Assembly (NCBI GenBank): GCA_046350755.1
Contig: JAXLZV010000001.1
Coordinates: 160,216 to 224,215 of the forward strand
Reading direction: 5' to 3'
DNA length: 64,000 nt
Source of the DNA: Candidatus Saccharimonadota bacterium
GTDB lineage: Bacteria; Patescibacteriota; Saccharimonadia; CAILAD01; GCA-016700035
Under the pieces are notes generated by a model that was not told the DNA's origin, did not search any database, and saw nothing but the letters and a program-made list of their open reading frames with translations. The position numbers and the translations under genes were made by a program. Shown piece after piece: positions 38,869-47,691 of the stretch. The first letter of the stretch is position 1, and the number at the start of each line of letters is the position of its first letter.

Positions 38869-41800
38869 TTACTCGACAAGCAAGGCGTCTTCGGCAACGA
38901 CGTCGGCTAATTGACTTTTGAGCTTTTCGGACACCGCGACTTTGAAGGGTAAGCGAATCTTTTGTCCGGTCGAGGCCAGCTGGACCATAGTTTCAGTTTG
39001 TCCAGGTGCAGCCTGCAGAACCGTCTTGAGTCGGAGCAGCACGACTTGATCTTTGAGATCCTGAAGCGTGATAACAATTCGCGCCGCTTCCTGGGCAGCT
39101 GACGGATCAAGCTCGGGCACTAGAGCTTCACCGGTAGCGATATAGTGCTTGAGTACGCTAGCATCAATCTTCTTGGCTTTGTCAGCCATAACCTTGATGT
39201 CTTCAGTGGTCTTGCCGTCGCGATCTTTAGCGTTGACCTTACCCTGCACCACTACCAGCTGATCTGCCACCCAGAGATCCGGCGTAGCATCATAGGCCCG
39301 TGGGAACACGATCAGCTCGATATCACCTTGTATCGTCTCAAGGCCAACGAACGCCATCGCATCACCTTTCTTGGTCACGATCTTACGAACGGTGGTGATG
39401 ACGCCGCCGACGGTTACCTTTTCACCGTCCATACCTGGCTTAAGCGCTACCGCTGGCGTAGTCTTTTCGCGCAGCCACGCTTCGACTTCGCGCAATGGAT
39501 GACTGGAGAGATACAACCCAAGCAGTTCTTTCTCCCACTGCAAGAATTCTCGCTCCCCAAGGATTTCGCTCGGAGCATCAAGCGGCAATGACGGCACATC
39601 TTCGGTCGCCCCCATGCTGCCAAAGATATCGATCTGGCCCGATAAGGCATTCTTCTGCACTTTACTCATATAGATAACGATCTTATCGAGGTTCGCAAAC
39701 AGCGTGGCGCGATCGCCGATCGAGTCAAAGGCCCCCACCTTCATGAGTGCTTCAATGGCTTTTTTATTAATCTCCCGGGCATCAACCCGCCGGACAAAGT
39801 CCTCAATCGAAGTAAATGACCCACCTTCCTCACGCGCTGCCAGAATGGCGTTGACTGGACCGACTCCGACATTTTTAATCGCCGCGAGACCAAAGCGAAT
39901 CACGTCCTTGCCCTCTCCACTCGAGTCTTTGACGACCGCAAATTCCGCGAATGACTCATTGACATCTGGTGGCAAAACCTCCATGCCCATCTTGCGACAT
40001 TCCGAGACCTCAATAGCCACGCGATCTAAATTGCCATGATCAGAGGTCAACAGAGCCGCCATAAAAGCGGCCGGATAGTGTGCCTTAAGATAGGCGGTTT
40101 GCACGGCGATCAAGGCGTAACAAGCCGCATGGCTCTTATTAAAACAATAGGCCGCAAAGTCTTCGATCGAGCCCCATAGCTGTTCGACAAAACTCCGATC
40201 GGCATCAGAGTGTTTAATCGCCCCTTCAATAAAATCCTTTTTCATCTTGGCGATGACTTCAGGGATCTTCTTGCCAATTCCTTTACGCAAGGTGTCGGCC
40301 TGGCCACCAGTAAAGCCGCAGAGATCTTTTGAAATCTGCATAACCTGCTCTTGATAAACGATGATGCCGTAGGTTTCCTTGAGGGCCGCTTCCATCTTTG
40401 GGTGGTCAAAATGTATGCGCTCCGGGTGGTGCTTACGACCAATGAAGTCTTCGATCCACTGCATTGGACCTGGGCGATACAGCGCCACCATAGCGATAAT
40501 ATCCTCGAAGCGATCAGGCTTGAGTTCGCGAATATAGCGCTTCATGCCAGCTGATTCCAACTGGAAGACACCGGTAGTATCGCCGCGGGCTAAGAGTTCA
40601 TACGTTGCCGTATCATCAATTGGAATCTCCCCGACATCGATCGTCTTGCCATACACACGCTTGATGATGCGCAGGGCATTCTTGATGATCGTCAAGTTCG
40701 ACAGCCCCAAAAAGTCGAACTTCAACAGGCCCAAATCCTCCATGGTTGTGCCAATGTACTGCGTCGACACGCCACCCTTTGAGGCGCGAGTTAATGGCAC
40801 ATACTCCACTAGCGGTTCGGGCGCAATCACCACCCCAGCAGCGTGAGTCCCGGCGTTGCGAATTGTCCCCTCGAGCTGCATAGCGATATCGATCAAGCGC
40901 TTGGTACGCGGATTCGTATCATATTCTTTCTTCAGGTCTGGATCATCGACGATCGACTTCTTGAGCGGAATATGGCGACCCTGAATCGGCGCTGGAATCA
41001 GCTTGGCGATCGCGTCAACCTCACCGTATGGCATCGCGAGCACACGACCCGTATCGCGCACAGCGTTTCGCGCCGCCATTACGCCGAAGGTGATGATCTG
41101 GGCGACTTTCTCCTGCCCATACTTCTCAGTGGCATAGGCGATCACCTCTTCGCGTCGGTCGTCAGCAAAGTCCATGTCGATATCGGGCATAGAGATGCGA
41201 TCTGGATTCAAGAAGCGCTCGAATAGTAGTTCATACTTCAATGGATCCAGATCAGTAATATTCGTCACATAGGCCACGATCGAACCAGCCGCCGAGCCCC
41301 GACCCGGCCCACAGACGATGCCTTGATTCTTTGACCAGTTCAACAGATCAGCAACAATGAGGAAGTAGCCGTCGTAGCCCATGCGCGCAATGACCTCAAG
41401 CTCATACTCGATTCGTTCGACGACTTCTTTCGGCAACTTCGGGCGAGCAGTTTTCTCGCCATAATGACTGATGTCTTCCTTGGGTATGTTGCCGTACCGC
41501 CACATCGCGCCCTGATAGACCAACTCGCGCAAATATTCACGCTCGGTTCGACCTTCTGGCACTTCAAACTTCGGAATCAAAATCTTGCCGAGCTCAATTT
41601 CAAGATTGCATCGCTCAGCGATCTTGACGGTATTCTCGAGTGCATCCAGATCATCGGGAAAACGTTCGGCAATCGAGTCGCCGGAGTGGATCGACAGGTC
41701 TTGGTCAAGCTTGAAGCGGTTCGGGTCCTCAATAGTTGAACCGGTTTGCACGCACAGTAAAATGTCATGGGCGTAGTGTTGCGATTCTTTTGAGTAGTGA

Positions 41801-42489
41801 GCATCACCGGTAACGACCTTGCCGAGTCCCAGCTCCTGGGCAAGCTTTCGTAAGCCAGCGTTTACCTTATCCTGCGGCTCCCAGCCAATATGTGGCTGCA
41901 TTTCCAGATAATAATTATCCTTCCCGAAAGTCTGTGCATACCACTCGGCCGCCAGCTTGGCTTCTGCATAATTATCCGCTAGCAAATGGGTGCCAACCTC
42001 GCCACCAATACAACCGGTAAGGGCAATGAGGCCTTCGTGATACTTCTCGATCAGCTCACGATCGATCCGTGGCTTGTAGTAAAAGCCCTCGAGGTTTGCG
42101 ATAGTAGACAGCTGCATAAGATTCTTGTAGCCTGTTTCATTCATGGCTAGAAGCGTGAGGTGATAGGGACTGCGGTCTTCGCGCGTACTCTTATCAGTGT
42201 GTTTGCGTGGTGCGACGTAGGCCTCCATGCCAATAATCGGCTTAATATCGCGCTTCTTGCACTGTGTGTAGAACTCAATTGCTCCCGACAACGTACCGTG
42301 ATCGGTAATCGCGACTGCTGTTTGGCCCAGCTCTTGTACCCAATCCAGCATATCGGGAATCTTCTGTAAGCCATCGAGTAGCGAATAATGGGTGTGATTA
42401 TGTAGGTGTACAAAAGGTACCGACTGTTTTTTCACAGTCGTAGCCTTCCCCTGCTCTGTCGCCGCCGCACGTGTCATATCACTTACCAT
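38869..42489 (-). CDS. dnaE: DNA polymerase III alpha subunit (DnaE)
   Basis: N-terminal PHP domain (HLHNHTHYSLLDG), the polymerase core (Pol III alpha) and an OB fold at the C-terminus; 1206 aa. Confidence 0.95.
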   Translation of the reverse strand: MVSDMTRAAATEQGKATTVKKQSVPFVHLHNHTHYSLLDGLQKIPDMLDWVQELGQTAVAITDHGTLSGAIEFYTQCKKRDIKPIIGMEAYVAPRKHTDKSTREDRSPYHLTLLAMNETGYKNLMQLSTIANLEGFYYKPRIDRELIEKYHEGLIALTGCIGGEVGTHLLADNYAEAKLAAEWYAQTFGKDNYYLEMQPHIGWEPQDKVNAGLRKLAQELGLGKVVTGDAHYSKESQHYAHDILLCVQTGSTIEDPNRFKLDQDLSIHSGDSIAERFPDDLDALENTVKIAERCNLEIELGKILIPKFEVPEGRTEREYLRELVYQGAMWRYGNIPKEDISHYGEKTARPKLPKEVVERIEYELEVIARMGYDGYFLIVADLLNWSKNQGIVCGPGRGSAAGSIVAYVTNITDLDPLKYELLFERFLNPDRISMPDIDMDFADDRREEVIAYATEKYGQEKVAQIITFGVMAARNAVRDTGRVLAMPYGEVDAIAKLIPAPIQGRHIPLKKSIVDDPDLKKEYDTNPRTKRLIDIAMQLEGTIRNAGTHAAGVVIAPEPLVEYVPLTRASKGGVSTQYIGTTMEDLGLLKFDFLGLSNLTIIKNALRIIKRVYGKTIDVGEIPIDDTATYELLARGDTTGVFQLESAGMKRYIRELKPDRFEDIIAMVALYRPGPMQWIEDFIGRKHHPERIHFDHPKMEAALKETYGIIVYQEQVMQISKDLCGFTGGQADTLRKGIGKKIPEVIAKMKKDFIEGAIKHSDADRSFVEQLWGSIEDFAAYCFNKSHAACYALIAVQTAYLKAHYPAAFMAALLTSDHGNLDRVAIEVSECRKMGMEVLPPDVNESFAEFAVVKDSSGEGKDVIRFGLAAIKNVGVGPVNAILAAREEGGSFTSIEDFVRRVDAREINKKAIEALMKVGAFDSIGDRATLFANLDKIVIYMSKVQKNALSGQIDIFGSMGATEDVPSLPLDAPSEILGEREFLQWEKELLGLYLSSHPLREVEAWLREKTTPAVALKPGMDGEKVTVGGVITTVRKIVTKKGDAMAFVGLETIQGDIELIVFPRAYDATPDLWVADQLVVVQGKVNAKDRDGKTTEDIKVMADKAKKIDASVLKHYIATGEALVPELDPSAAQEAARIVITLQDLKDQVVLLRLKTVLQAAPGQTETMVQLASTGQKIRLPFKVAVSEKLKSQLADVVAEDALLVE

Positions 42490-42604
42490 TGTACGCCAAG
42501 AACGCGAGCGTTTTAATCTTGACTTTTATGCTCATTTATGATATCGTGCGCGAGTTCTATGTAATCGCATGGATAACCTTCACAACCTAGAGAAAGAGGA
42601 CGCC

Positions 42605-43288
42605 ATGAAGTCTTCAGGTGAGTTGCTCCGAGAATATCTCGAGCAGCAGCCCGAGAAGATCAAGGATGTGCGCAATTTCTGTAATGTTGCTAGCAAGACC
42701 GTGAGATCGTGGCTCAAGGGTACCAACCCGAAGGGCATCACACAGTGTAGACTCTTCGTCTACCTACTCGAACAGCAGCTAGCGCCAGCAGAGTTGCTCA
42801 AGACCGAACCCGACATCATTCTCCTTGCCGTTCTGGTGGCTCACGACTATGTGAGCTCTCAAGAGGCCATGAAGGTGATGGGCTCTACCTCCAAGTCTGA
42901 TCAGCAGCTCTGGGGTTGGATCCGTAGCGACACACAGCCGCTGCCCAAAGCCCTAGAGCTCCTGCAAGACTGGCTGGATGCAGTCGATGGCGATCGCTCA
43001 CGAAGACTGATCGCCGCAGAATTTCTCGGTACGACAACCGTGGCGGAGCAATCCCCCGCAAACGTCATTCCGTTGTCGTTCGACTCGAGCGACCAGATCA
43101 TCGAGAATTTGGCAGCATTGTTGTCAGCGGTCTACCCACTCGCCAAGCGCGTGGAAGCCGATGACTTCAGTAATGCCGACCGTGAACGCCTTCGGGCGCT
43201 GATCGGTGAAGACCAGTTCTTCAAGCTCACGAACGCCCTGACCCGCCTCTCCGGCACCAAGGCACGTTCGTACACCCAGTCCATTTAA
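42605..43288 (+). CDS. Hypothetical protein with a putative N-terminal helix-turn-helix
   Basis: An AAAGAGGA RBS lies 6 nt before the ATG at 42605 (alternative ATG at 42569). EYLEQQPEKIKDVRNFCNVASKTVRSWLKG resembles an XRE-type HTH. The C-terminus is unknown. Confidence 0.5.
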   Translation: MKSSGELLREYLEQQPEKIKDVRNFCNVASKTVRSWLKGTNPKGITQCRLFVYLLEQQLAPAELLKTEPDIILLAVLVAHDYVSSQEAMKVMGSTSKSDQQLWGWIRSDTQPLPKALELLQDWLDAVDGDRSRRLIAAEFLGTTTVAEQSPANVIPLSFDSSDQIIENLAALLSAVYPLAKRVEADDFSNADRERLRALIGEDQFFKLTNALTRLSGTKARSYTQSI

Positions 43289-43311
43289 CCCAACACCCCA
43301 AGGAGTACGGC

Positions 43312-45009
43312 ATGACCCGCCGTCGACGTCCCCGTCCAACCCAGGGTGGCCGTAAGGCCCCCGCGACCCCGGCGACACCTCAGCCCATTCGGGATAAGGT
43401 GTCGTTCAACCAGGGCAAGGTCATCATGCACCTTGCCAAGTCGACCTACACCACGTTGATCCAGGTGATCGCTGAGTGCGTCCAGAACGCACTCGACGCC
43501 GGTGCAACCGTCATCGACATCGCTGTCGATGAGAAGCGGCGCAGCATCGTCGTTGCCGACAACGGCGGTGGCGTGACTCTGGAGAAGTTCCACGAGGCCC
43601 TTGGCTCCGTTGGGCATGGGATCAAGGATCCCGGCTCACTCGGACGCTTCGGCCTCGGCCTCATCTCGCCGCTCGATAAGTGCGACTACTACACCTTCAG
43701 CTCCTGGCTTCCCGGCGAGTCGAAGGGGTGGTGCTGGACCTTCCGGGCCGGTGAGATCGAGGCGATGGCCGACGAAGTCGACATCCCTCGGGCTGGTGCC
43801 AAGCGTCACGCTGGCGCTGAGTGGAATACCATCGTGCGCATCCACCGCTACACCTCCGACTCGCAGACGGCCGCAATGACGGCTGAACGCGTCGAGGAAT
43901 TCGTGCAGTCCAAGCTGGGACCCACCATGCGCAAGCGCGGTGTGACCTGCCGGCTGCACTTCGGTGGCCCAGACGGCGAGGTCGTCCAGAAGACGATCAA
44001 GCCGACCGACTTCACCGGTGAGCCTTTCGAGATCACGATCTACACCGAGCCCGACGCGGGCGAAGTGGAGTTCGAGCTCTACCGCGCCCGCAAGACGACC
44101 AAGGGTCGTCAGGGCATGGTGAGTCTCTCGGAAGCGGATGCCCCATACCCGATCACCTTCACCGAGTTCAAGCGGCAGGCTCACGCCTTCCTCGGCGACG
44201 ACGTGAAGAAGGCTCTCAGCTCCGGCTACTTTGAGGGCATCATTCGAGCCAAGAAGGTGGAGCTGCATCCCAACCGCCGCAAGTTCGTCTGGAATGACGC
44301 GGTTGTCGGGCTCTGCATCGCCATCGAACAGTGGTTCGAAGACATCGGGCACAAGCTCTACACCGATGAGCAGGTCCAGGAAGAGGAGGCTCGCCTCCAG
44401 CGCCTGGGCGTGCAGACGCTCGACCGGCTGAAGGATCTCCTCAAGCTGGAAGAGTCGGAACACCTGCGCAAGATCATCGAAAGCCTGCATGTCGGCTCGA
44501 TCGGCAGTGGGCACAACGAGCTCCCCAGCTCGGGGGACATGGATGAGCGTGGTTTGCGCTCTGGTCAGGGCGGCACGGGCAAGCCCCGCAACCGCAATGG
44601 TCAGACCAAGCCACGTGATCCGTCGAAGCCCAAGCAGCCCGAACGGACCGGCGACAAGCCGGGTGTCTCGGTTGGCCCCGAGGGCCAGCACCGCAAGGTG
44701 GTGCGCGACAGCTCGACCGGTATCTCCATCTGCCACGAGATCCTGCCCGGTTCCGACCGACTGTGGGAGATCGACGCAGCGTCGGCGATGATCTACATCA
44801 ACGTGCGTCACCCGGTGTTCTTGCTCGTCGAGCACGCCGACACGTACGTCTTGCAGCTGCAGGAGTGGATCGTGCTGCAGGCGCTGTCGTTGCTGATGTT
44901 CCCGGTCGACAGCCGAGAGCTCCTCCACGACTACGCAGACAGCTACGCTCGCGAGTTCGTGGTGGTCTCGATCCTCGGATCGAGACAGCGCCGCCGCGGT
45001 AGCGTCTGA
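43312..45009 (+). CDS. GHKL/Bergerat-fold ATPase (MORC / MutL-N / HATPase_c_3-like) with an unknown C-terminal region
   Basis: AAGGAG RBS. The N-box is IAECVQNALDAGAT, the G1 box is VADNGGGVT and the G2 box is LGRFGLGLISP. Downstream is a Gly/Lys/Pro/Arg-rich low-complexity linker, then a C-terminal domain of unknown function. Confidence 0.7.
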   Translation: MTRRRRPRPTQGGRKAPATPATPQPIRDKVSFNQGKVIMHLAKSTYTTLIQVIAECVQNALDAGATVIDIAVDEKRRSIVVADNGGGVTLEKFHEALGSVGHGIKDPGSLGRFGLGLISPLDKCDYYTFSSWLPGESKGWCWTFRAGEIEAMADEVDIPRAGAKRHAGAEWNTIVRIHRYTSDSQTAAMTAERVEEFVQSKLGPTMRKRGVTCRLHFGGPDGEVVQKTIKPTDFTGEPFEITIYTEPDAGEVEFELYRARKTTKGRQGMVSLSEADAPYPITFTEFKRQAHAFLGDDVKKALSSGYFEGIIRAKKVELHPNRRKFVWNDAVVGLCIAIEQWFEDIGHKLYTDEQVQEEEARLQRLGVQTLDRLKDLLKLEESEHLRKIIESLHVGSIGSGHNELPSSGDMDERGLRSGQGGTGKPRNRNGQTKPRDPSKPKQPERTGDKPGVSVGPEGQHRKVVRDSSTGISICHEILPGSDRLWEIDAASAMIYINVRHPVFLLVEHADTYVLQLQEWIVLQALSLLMFPVDSRELLHDYADSYAREFVVVSILGSRQRRRGSV

Positions 45010-45030
45010 TCCTTTCTCTCTAGTTGTTTC

Positions 45031-45062
45031 GCCGGAGCCCTTTGGGCTCCGGTTTTCTTTTT
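45031..45062 (+). terminator. Strong rho-independent terminator after the GHKL ATPase gene
   Basis: GCCGGAGCCC-TTT-GGGCTCCGG followed by TTTTCTTTTT. Confidence 0.65.
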
Positions 45063-45081
45063 ATTCAGCGTCATGAATCTA

Positions 45082-45110
45082 TTGACTTTAAACCCTTATG
45101 ATTGTAATAT
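45082..45110 (+). promoter_or_regulatory. Candidate sigma-70 promoter for the 45155..45835 gene
   Basis: TTGACT, a 17-nt spacer and TAATAT, with an AAGGAG RBS before the GTG at 45155. Confidence 0.4.
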
Positions 45111-45154
45111 ATTTTTACTGTTCGCCCGAACATTCGTACCTTACAAGGAGCACT

Positions 45155-45835
45155 GTGGATACACCAACCGAACCCACCAAACGACAGCCGGGAGCCGCAT
45201 CGACGCGCTCCTGCAGCCTGAACGAAGCTCTGTCGAGCTTCTATGCCCTCAAGGGATGGCTCAGACGGCGCCAGCTCGATGACTGGCTGCCACAGCTCGC
45301 CATCGTCTGGACCGACCGCAACGGCCATGCCGTTCTGGCAATCCGTGGCGACAACGCCATGGGCCCTGCACCGCAGGATGCCAATCAGGCGGCCCAAGCC
45401 GCATTGCGCCCGCACTGCATCGAGCAGGGAGCTGCCACCATTCAGACAGCCGCCAAGCAGGTGCTGGGGGCAGTTGGGGTCTACGGACGCAGTCCAGCCG
45501 ACAACCATCTCGTCGCCTGCCTGGCAGCGGAGTTGGTCTTCGAGCCAGATATGCCAGCAGAACTCCTTGAGGTCTGCGTCGAGGAGCGCTTCCAGCAAGA
45601 CGGCCTCGAAGTCCCAGACGTGCCATTGGCGGTCTCGCCAGGTGTGTCATCATTCGCAGGTTTGCAAGCGGTGATGGCTGGAGCTGGCGTGTTGAGGCTC
45701 TTGCCTGGCCAAACCTACGGCTGGCCGAGCCAGCTCGATCCGCCGCTGACGCAACCACAAGCCGGTGTCAGACTCATCACCGAGCGTGACATCCCCGGCC
45801 ACGTACCGGGGCATGGTGGTGGACTCTTCGGCTGA
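45155..45835 (+). CDS. Hypothetical GC-rich protein (last gene of island 2)
   Basis: A GTG start 5 nt after the AAGGAG RBS; Ala/Gly/Pro-rich with no recognisable motif. The ORF-track start at 45098 runs into the AT-rich promoter and is unlikely. Confidence 0.45.
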   Translation: MDTPTEPTKRQPGAASTRSCSLNEALSSFYALKGWLRRRQLDDWLPQLAIVWTDRNGHAVLAIRGDNAMGPAPQDANQAAQAALRPHCIEQGAATIQTAAKQVLGAVGVYGRSPADNHLVACLAAELVFEPDMPAELLEVCVEERFQQDGLEVPDVPLAVSPGVSSFAGLQAVMAGAGVLRLLPGQTYGWPSQLDPPLTQPQAGVRLITERDIPGHVPGHGGGLFG

Positions 45836-45904
45836 TCATTCTCACACAACCTCTCAGGGCGGGTACCATCACGGTACTCGCCCCTCATTATGTCTTTAAT
45901 AAAC

Positions 45905-46198
45905 TTATTTTACGGTTTGCGTGGTGGCGTTTTGCTCAATTGAGCGGAAGAAGTCACCGATATATGGCAGACCACCAAAAACTGTCACCGCCCACCCTAA
46001 AGCGACGATAATAAGTGCCACACCGATGGTCAGACCAATACCGCGATAAATGCCAGCTCGAAAGTTTAACCAAGCAAAACGCCAGCGGTCATTGAGTAAT
46101 TCCATAAACTCTTCGGCACCTACGAGGCTAGCCGCTGCCCGACTGGCATCGAGCTGCTGTTCGCGCGTCGATTGTGGCTTACTTTTTCGCGCCGCCAC
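45905..46198 (-). CDS. Small membrane protein, hypothetical
   Basis: A 97-aa ORF with two hydrophobic helices, overlapping the upstream YtxH-like gene by 20 nt. Confidence 0.35.
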   Translation of the reverse strand: MAARKSKPQSTREQQLDASRAAASLVGAEEFMELLNDRWRFAWLNFRAGIYRGIGLTIGVALIIVALGWAVTVFGGLPYIGDFFRSIEQNATTQTVK

Positions 46199-46745
46199 GA
46201 GGAGTTGTCTTCTTTGCTGGAGTCTTCTTCGTAGTCGATTTCGCCGCCGGCTTCTTTGCAGTTGACTTTGGCTGGGCGATCTTCTTGGCAGAGGTTGCCA
46301 CCTGCTCAGCCGACTTGGTAACTTGCTTCGAGACCTGCTTCACTTCGCGCTGAGTACTTGCTCCGACTTTCTTGGCCACAACTTCTAGCTCGGCAAGCAC
46401 AGCTCGACCTTCGTCGATCAGCTTTTTCGCTTCTTCGGTGAGTTCGGCCTTTGTCTCTGAACCCGAGCTGGAGAGCTTGAGCGCAGTCGCATTCATCTGA
46501 TCCTTGAGCTTTTCGGCTCGCTTGATGAGCTCCTTGGTTTCAACTACCGACTCGTCTTTCACGCGTACGCTAGCTTCCTTTACTCGATCCAGACCCTTAC
46601 CGAGCTGAGTCTTCACATCGTCAAAGGTATGATGTATGTCTTCTCGCGTTTCCTTGCCGCTTTTTGGGGCAAAGAGCAAAGCTCCAGCACCAGCAATAGC
46701 GGCTCCGATACCTAACCCCTTAATAAATCCGCCTTTTTTTGCCAT
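46179..46745 (-). CDS. YtxH-like (DUF948-type) protein with a lysine-rich, histone-like C-terminal tail
   Basis: MAKKGGFIKGLGIGAAIAGAGALLFAPKSGKETREDI is the characteristic YtxH N-terminus. A GGAGGA RBS precedes the ATG at 46745, and the C-terminus is KKPAAKSTTKKTPAKK. Confidence 0.6.
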   Translation of the reverse strand: MAKKGGFIKGLGIGAAIAGAGALLFAPKSGKETREDIHHTFDDVKTQLGKGLDRVKEASVRVKDESVVETKELIKRAEKLKDQMNATALKLSSSGSETKAELTEEAKKLIDEGRAVLAELEVVAKKVGASTQREVKQVSKQVTKSAEQVATSAKKIAQPKSTAKKPAAKSTTKKTPAKKTTPRGGAKK

Positions 46746-46746
46746 C

Positions 46747-47010
46747 TTACTTTCTCCTCCCGCGACGTCGCGTATTATCGCGCATGATCTGCGCAAAAAT
46801 TGCACTCATTGTCATCGGGTTAATAATCTTTTCTTTCACTTCATGCACGATATCGGCCGCTGTCTTCGTGCCATCTTGGGCAATCTCGGCAATATTTTGA
46901 ATCGTCTTCATCAGCTTATTGGCACCAATGAAGAAGGCAATCATAATTCCGAGCAGCACAAGCACTGCAACCGACAGTACAATAATCAGAATAAACAGTG
47001 TCACTTCCAT
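46747..47010 (-). CDS. Small DUF948-like membrane protein
   Basis: An N-terminal TM helix followed by an amphipathic helix. It sits in the minus-strand gene run between the MscS-like and YtxH-like genes. Confidence 0.45.
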   Translation of the reverse strand: MEVTLFILIIVLSVAVLVLLGIMIAFFIGANKLMKTIQNIAEIAQDGTKTAADIVHEVKEKIINPMTMSAIFAQIMRDNTRRRGRRK

Positions 47011-47012
47011 AA

Positions 47013-47675
47013 TTACTTCCCTTTCTTTGTTCGCATTGTAGCAGGTTTGCGCGATACAACGGAAGCGGCTTTGGCACGAGCGGTGGCTATTCGACTCTCT
47101 GGCGGCTTACCGTGATGCCCGCGCTCAATTAGCTCAAAGGTATTCTTATCGATCAAACTGTTTGGCACCACAAATATTACGCCCGCCTCGTCCTTGAGTC
47201 GTGTCTTCCGCACGTCCATGTCAATAATGATGCCTTCGACCTTTTGATCAACGCCAACTTTTACGCGATCACCGATGCGAAAATGACGATCGCGAGACAG
47301 ATTAATGCCCGATATCGTATCGCCGACCGTGGCCGAAAAGCCATTTGAAAAGGCCAGCGCCAAGACAGCAAAGGCGCCTGAGATCGCAAATGCTACATTC
47401 GACAGCCCAGCTAGCTGCAGGAAGGCGATGATCAGCAGCATCCACAGTACAATATCGACCAGCTTAACCGTTACCTTAATGGTCGCCTTTGGCAAACGAG
47501 CGACCCCCAAGACTCGAACCATGATCTTTGAGACGATCCGAATCGTAATAATCCCGACGATGACCAGGATAATCGCCTTCGGCAGACTCGGCACCGTACC
47601 ACCCAGCCAGGAGCTCACCGATTGTGTCATCGTCTGAGTGATTGAGGTTGCAGTCGCATTCGTGGCTGGATTCAT
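47013..47675 (-). CDS. Small-conductance mechanosensitive channel (MscS family)
   Basis: A pore-lining helix (GLSNVAFAISGAFAVLALAFS) and a beta-domain (IGDRVKVGVDQKVEGIIIDMDVRKTRL). Confidence 0.75.
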   Translation of the reverse strand: MNPATNATATSITQTMTQSVSSWLGGTVPSLPKAIILVIVGIITIRIVSKIMVRVLGVARLPKATIKVTVKLVDIVLWMLLIIAFLQLAGLSNVAFAISGAFAVLALAFSNGFSATVGDTISGINLSRDRHFRIGDRVKVGVDQKVEGIIIDMDVRKTRLKDEAGVIFVVPNSLIDKNTFELIERGHHGKPPESRIATARAKAASVVSRKPATMRTKKGK

Positions 47676-47691
47676 ACCAACATCATACAGC

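Larger units (their letters stand above)
42540..45850. other. High-GC compositional island 2 (HTH protein, GHKL ATPase, unknown protein) immediately upstream of dnaE
   Basis: GC-rich, GC3-rich codon usage throughout the three plus-strand ORFs, with long stop-free antisense ORFs (e.g. 43636..44928). It is bounded by AT-rich promoter-like and terminator segments. Confidence 0.6.

Noticed and set aside
43636-44928. 430-aa minus-strand ORF and several others (44358..44540, 43446..43664, 45261..45758, 45071..45598)
   Set aside because: They are antisense shadows of the GC-rich GHKL ATPase and the 45155..45835 gene. They are low-complexity, Arg/Ala/Gly-rich, and have no motifs.
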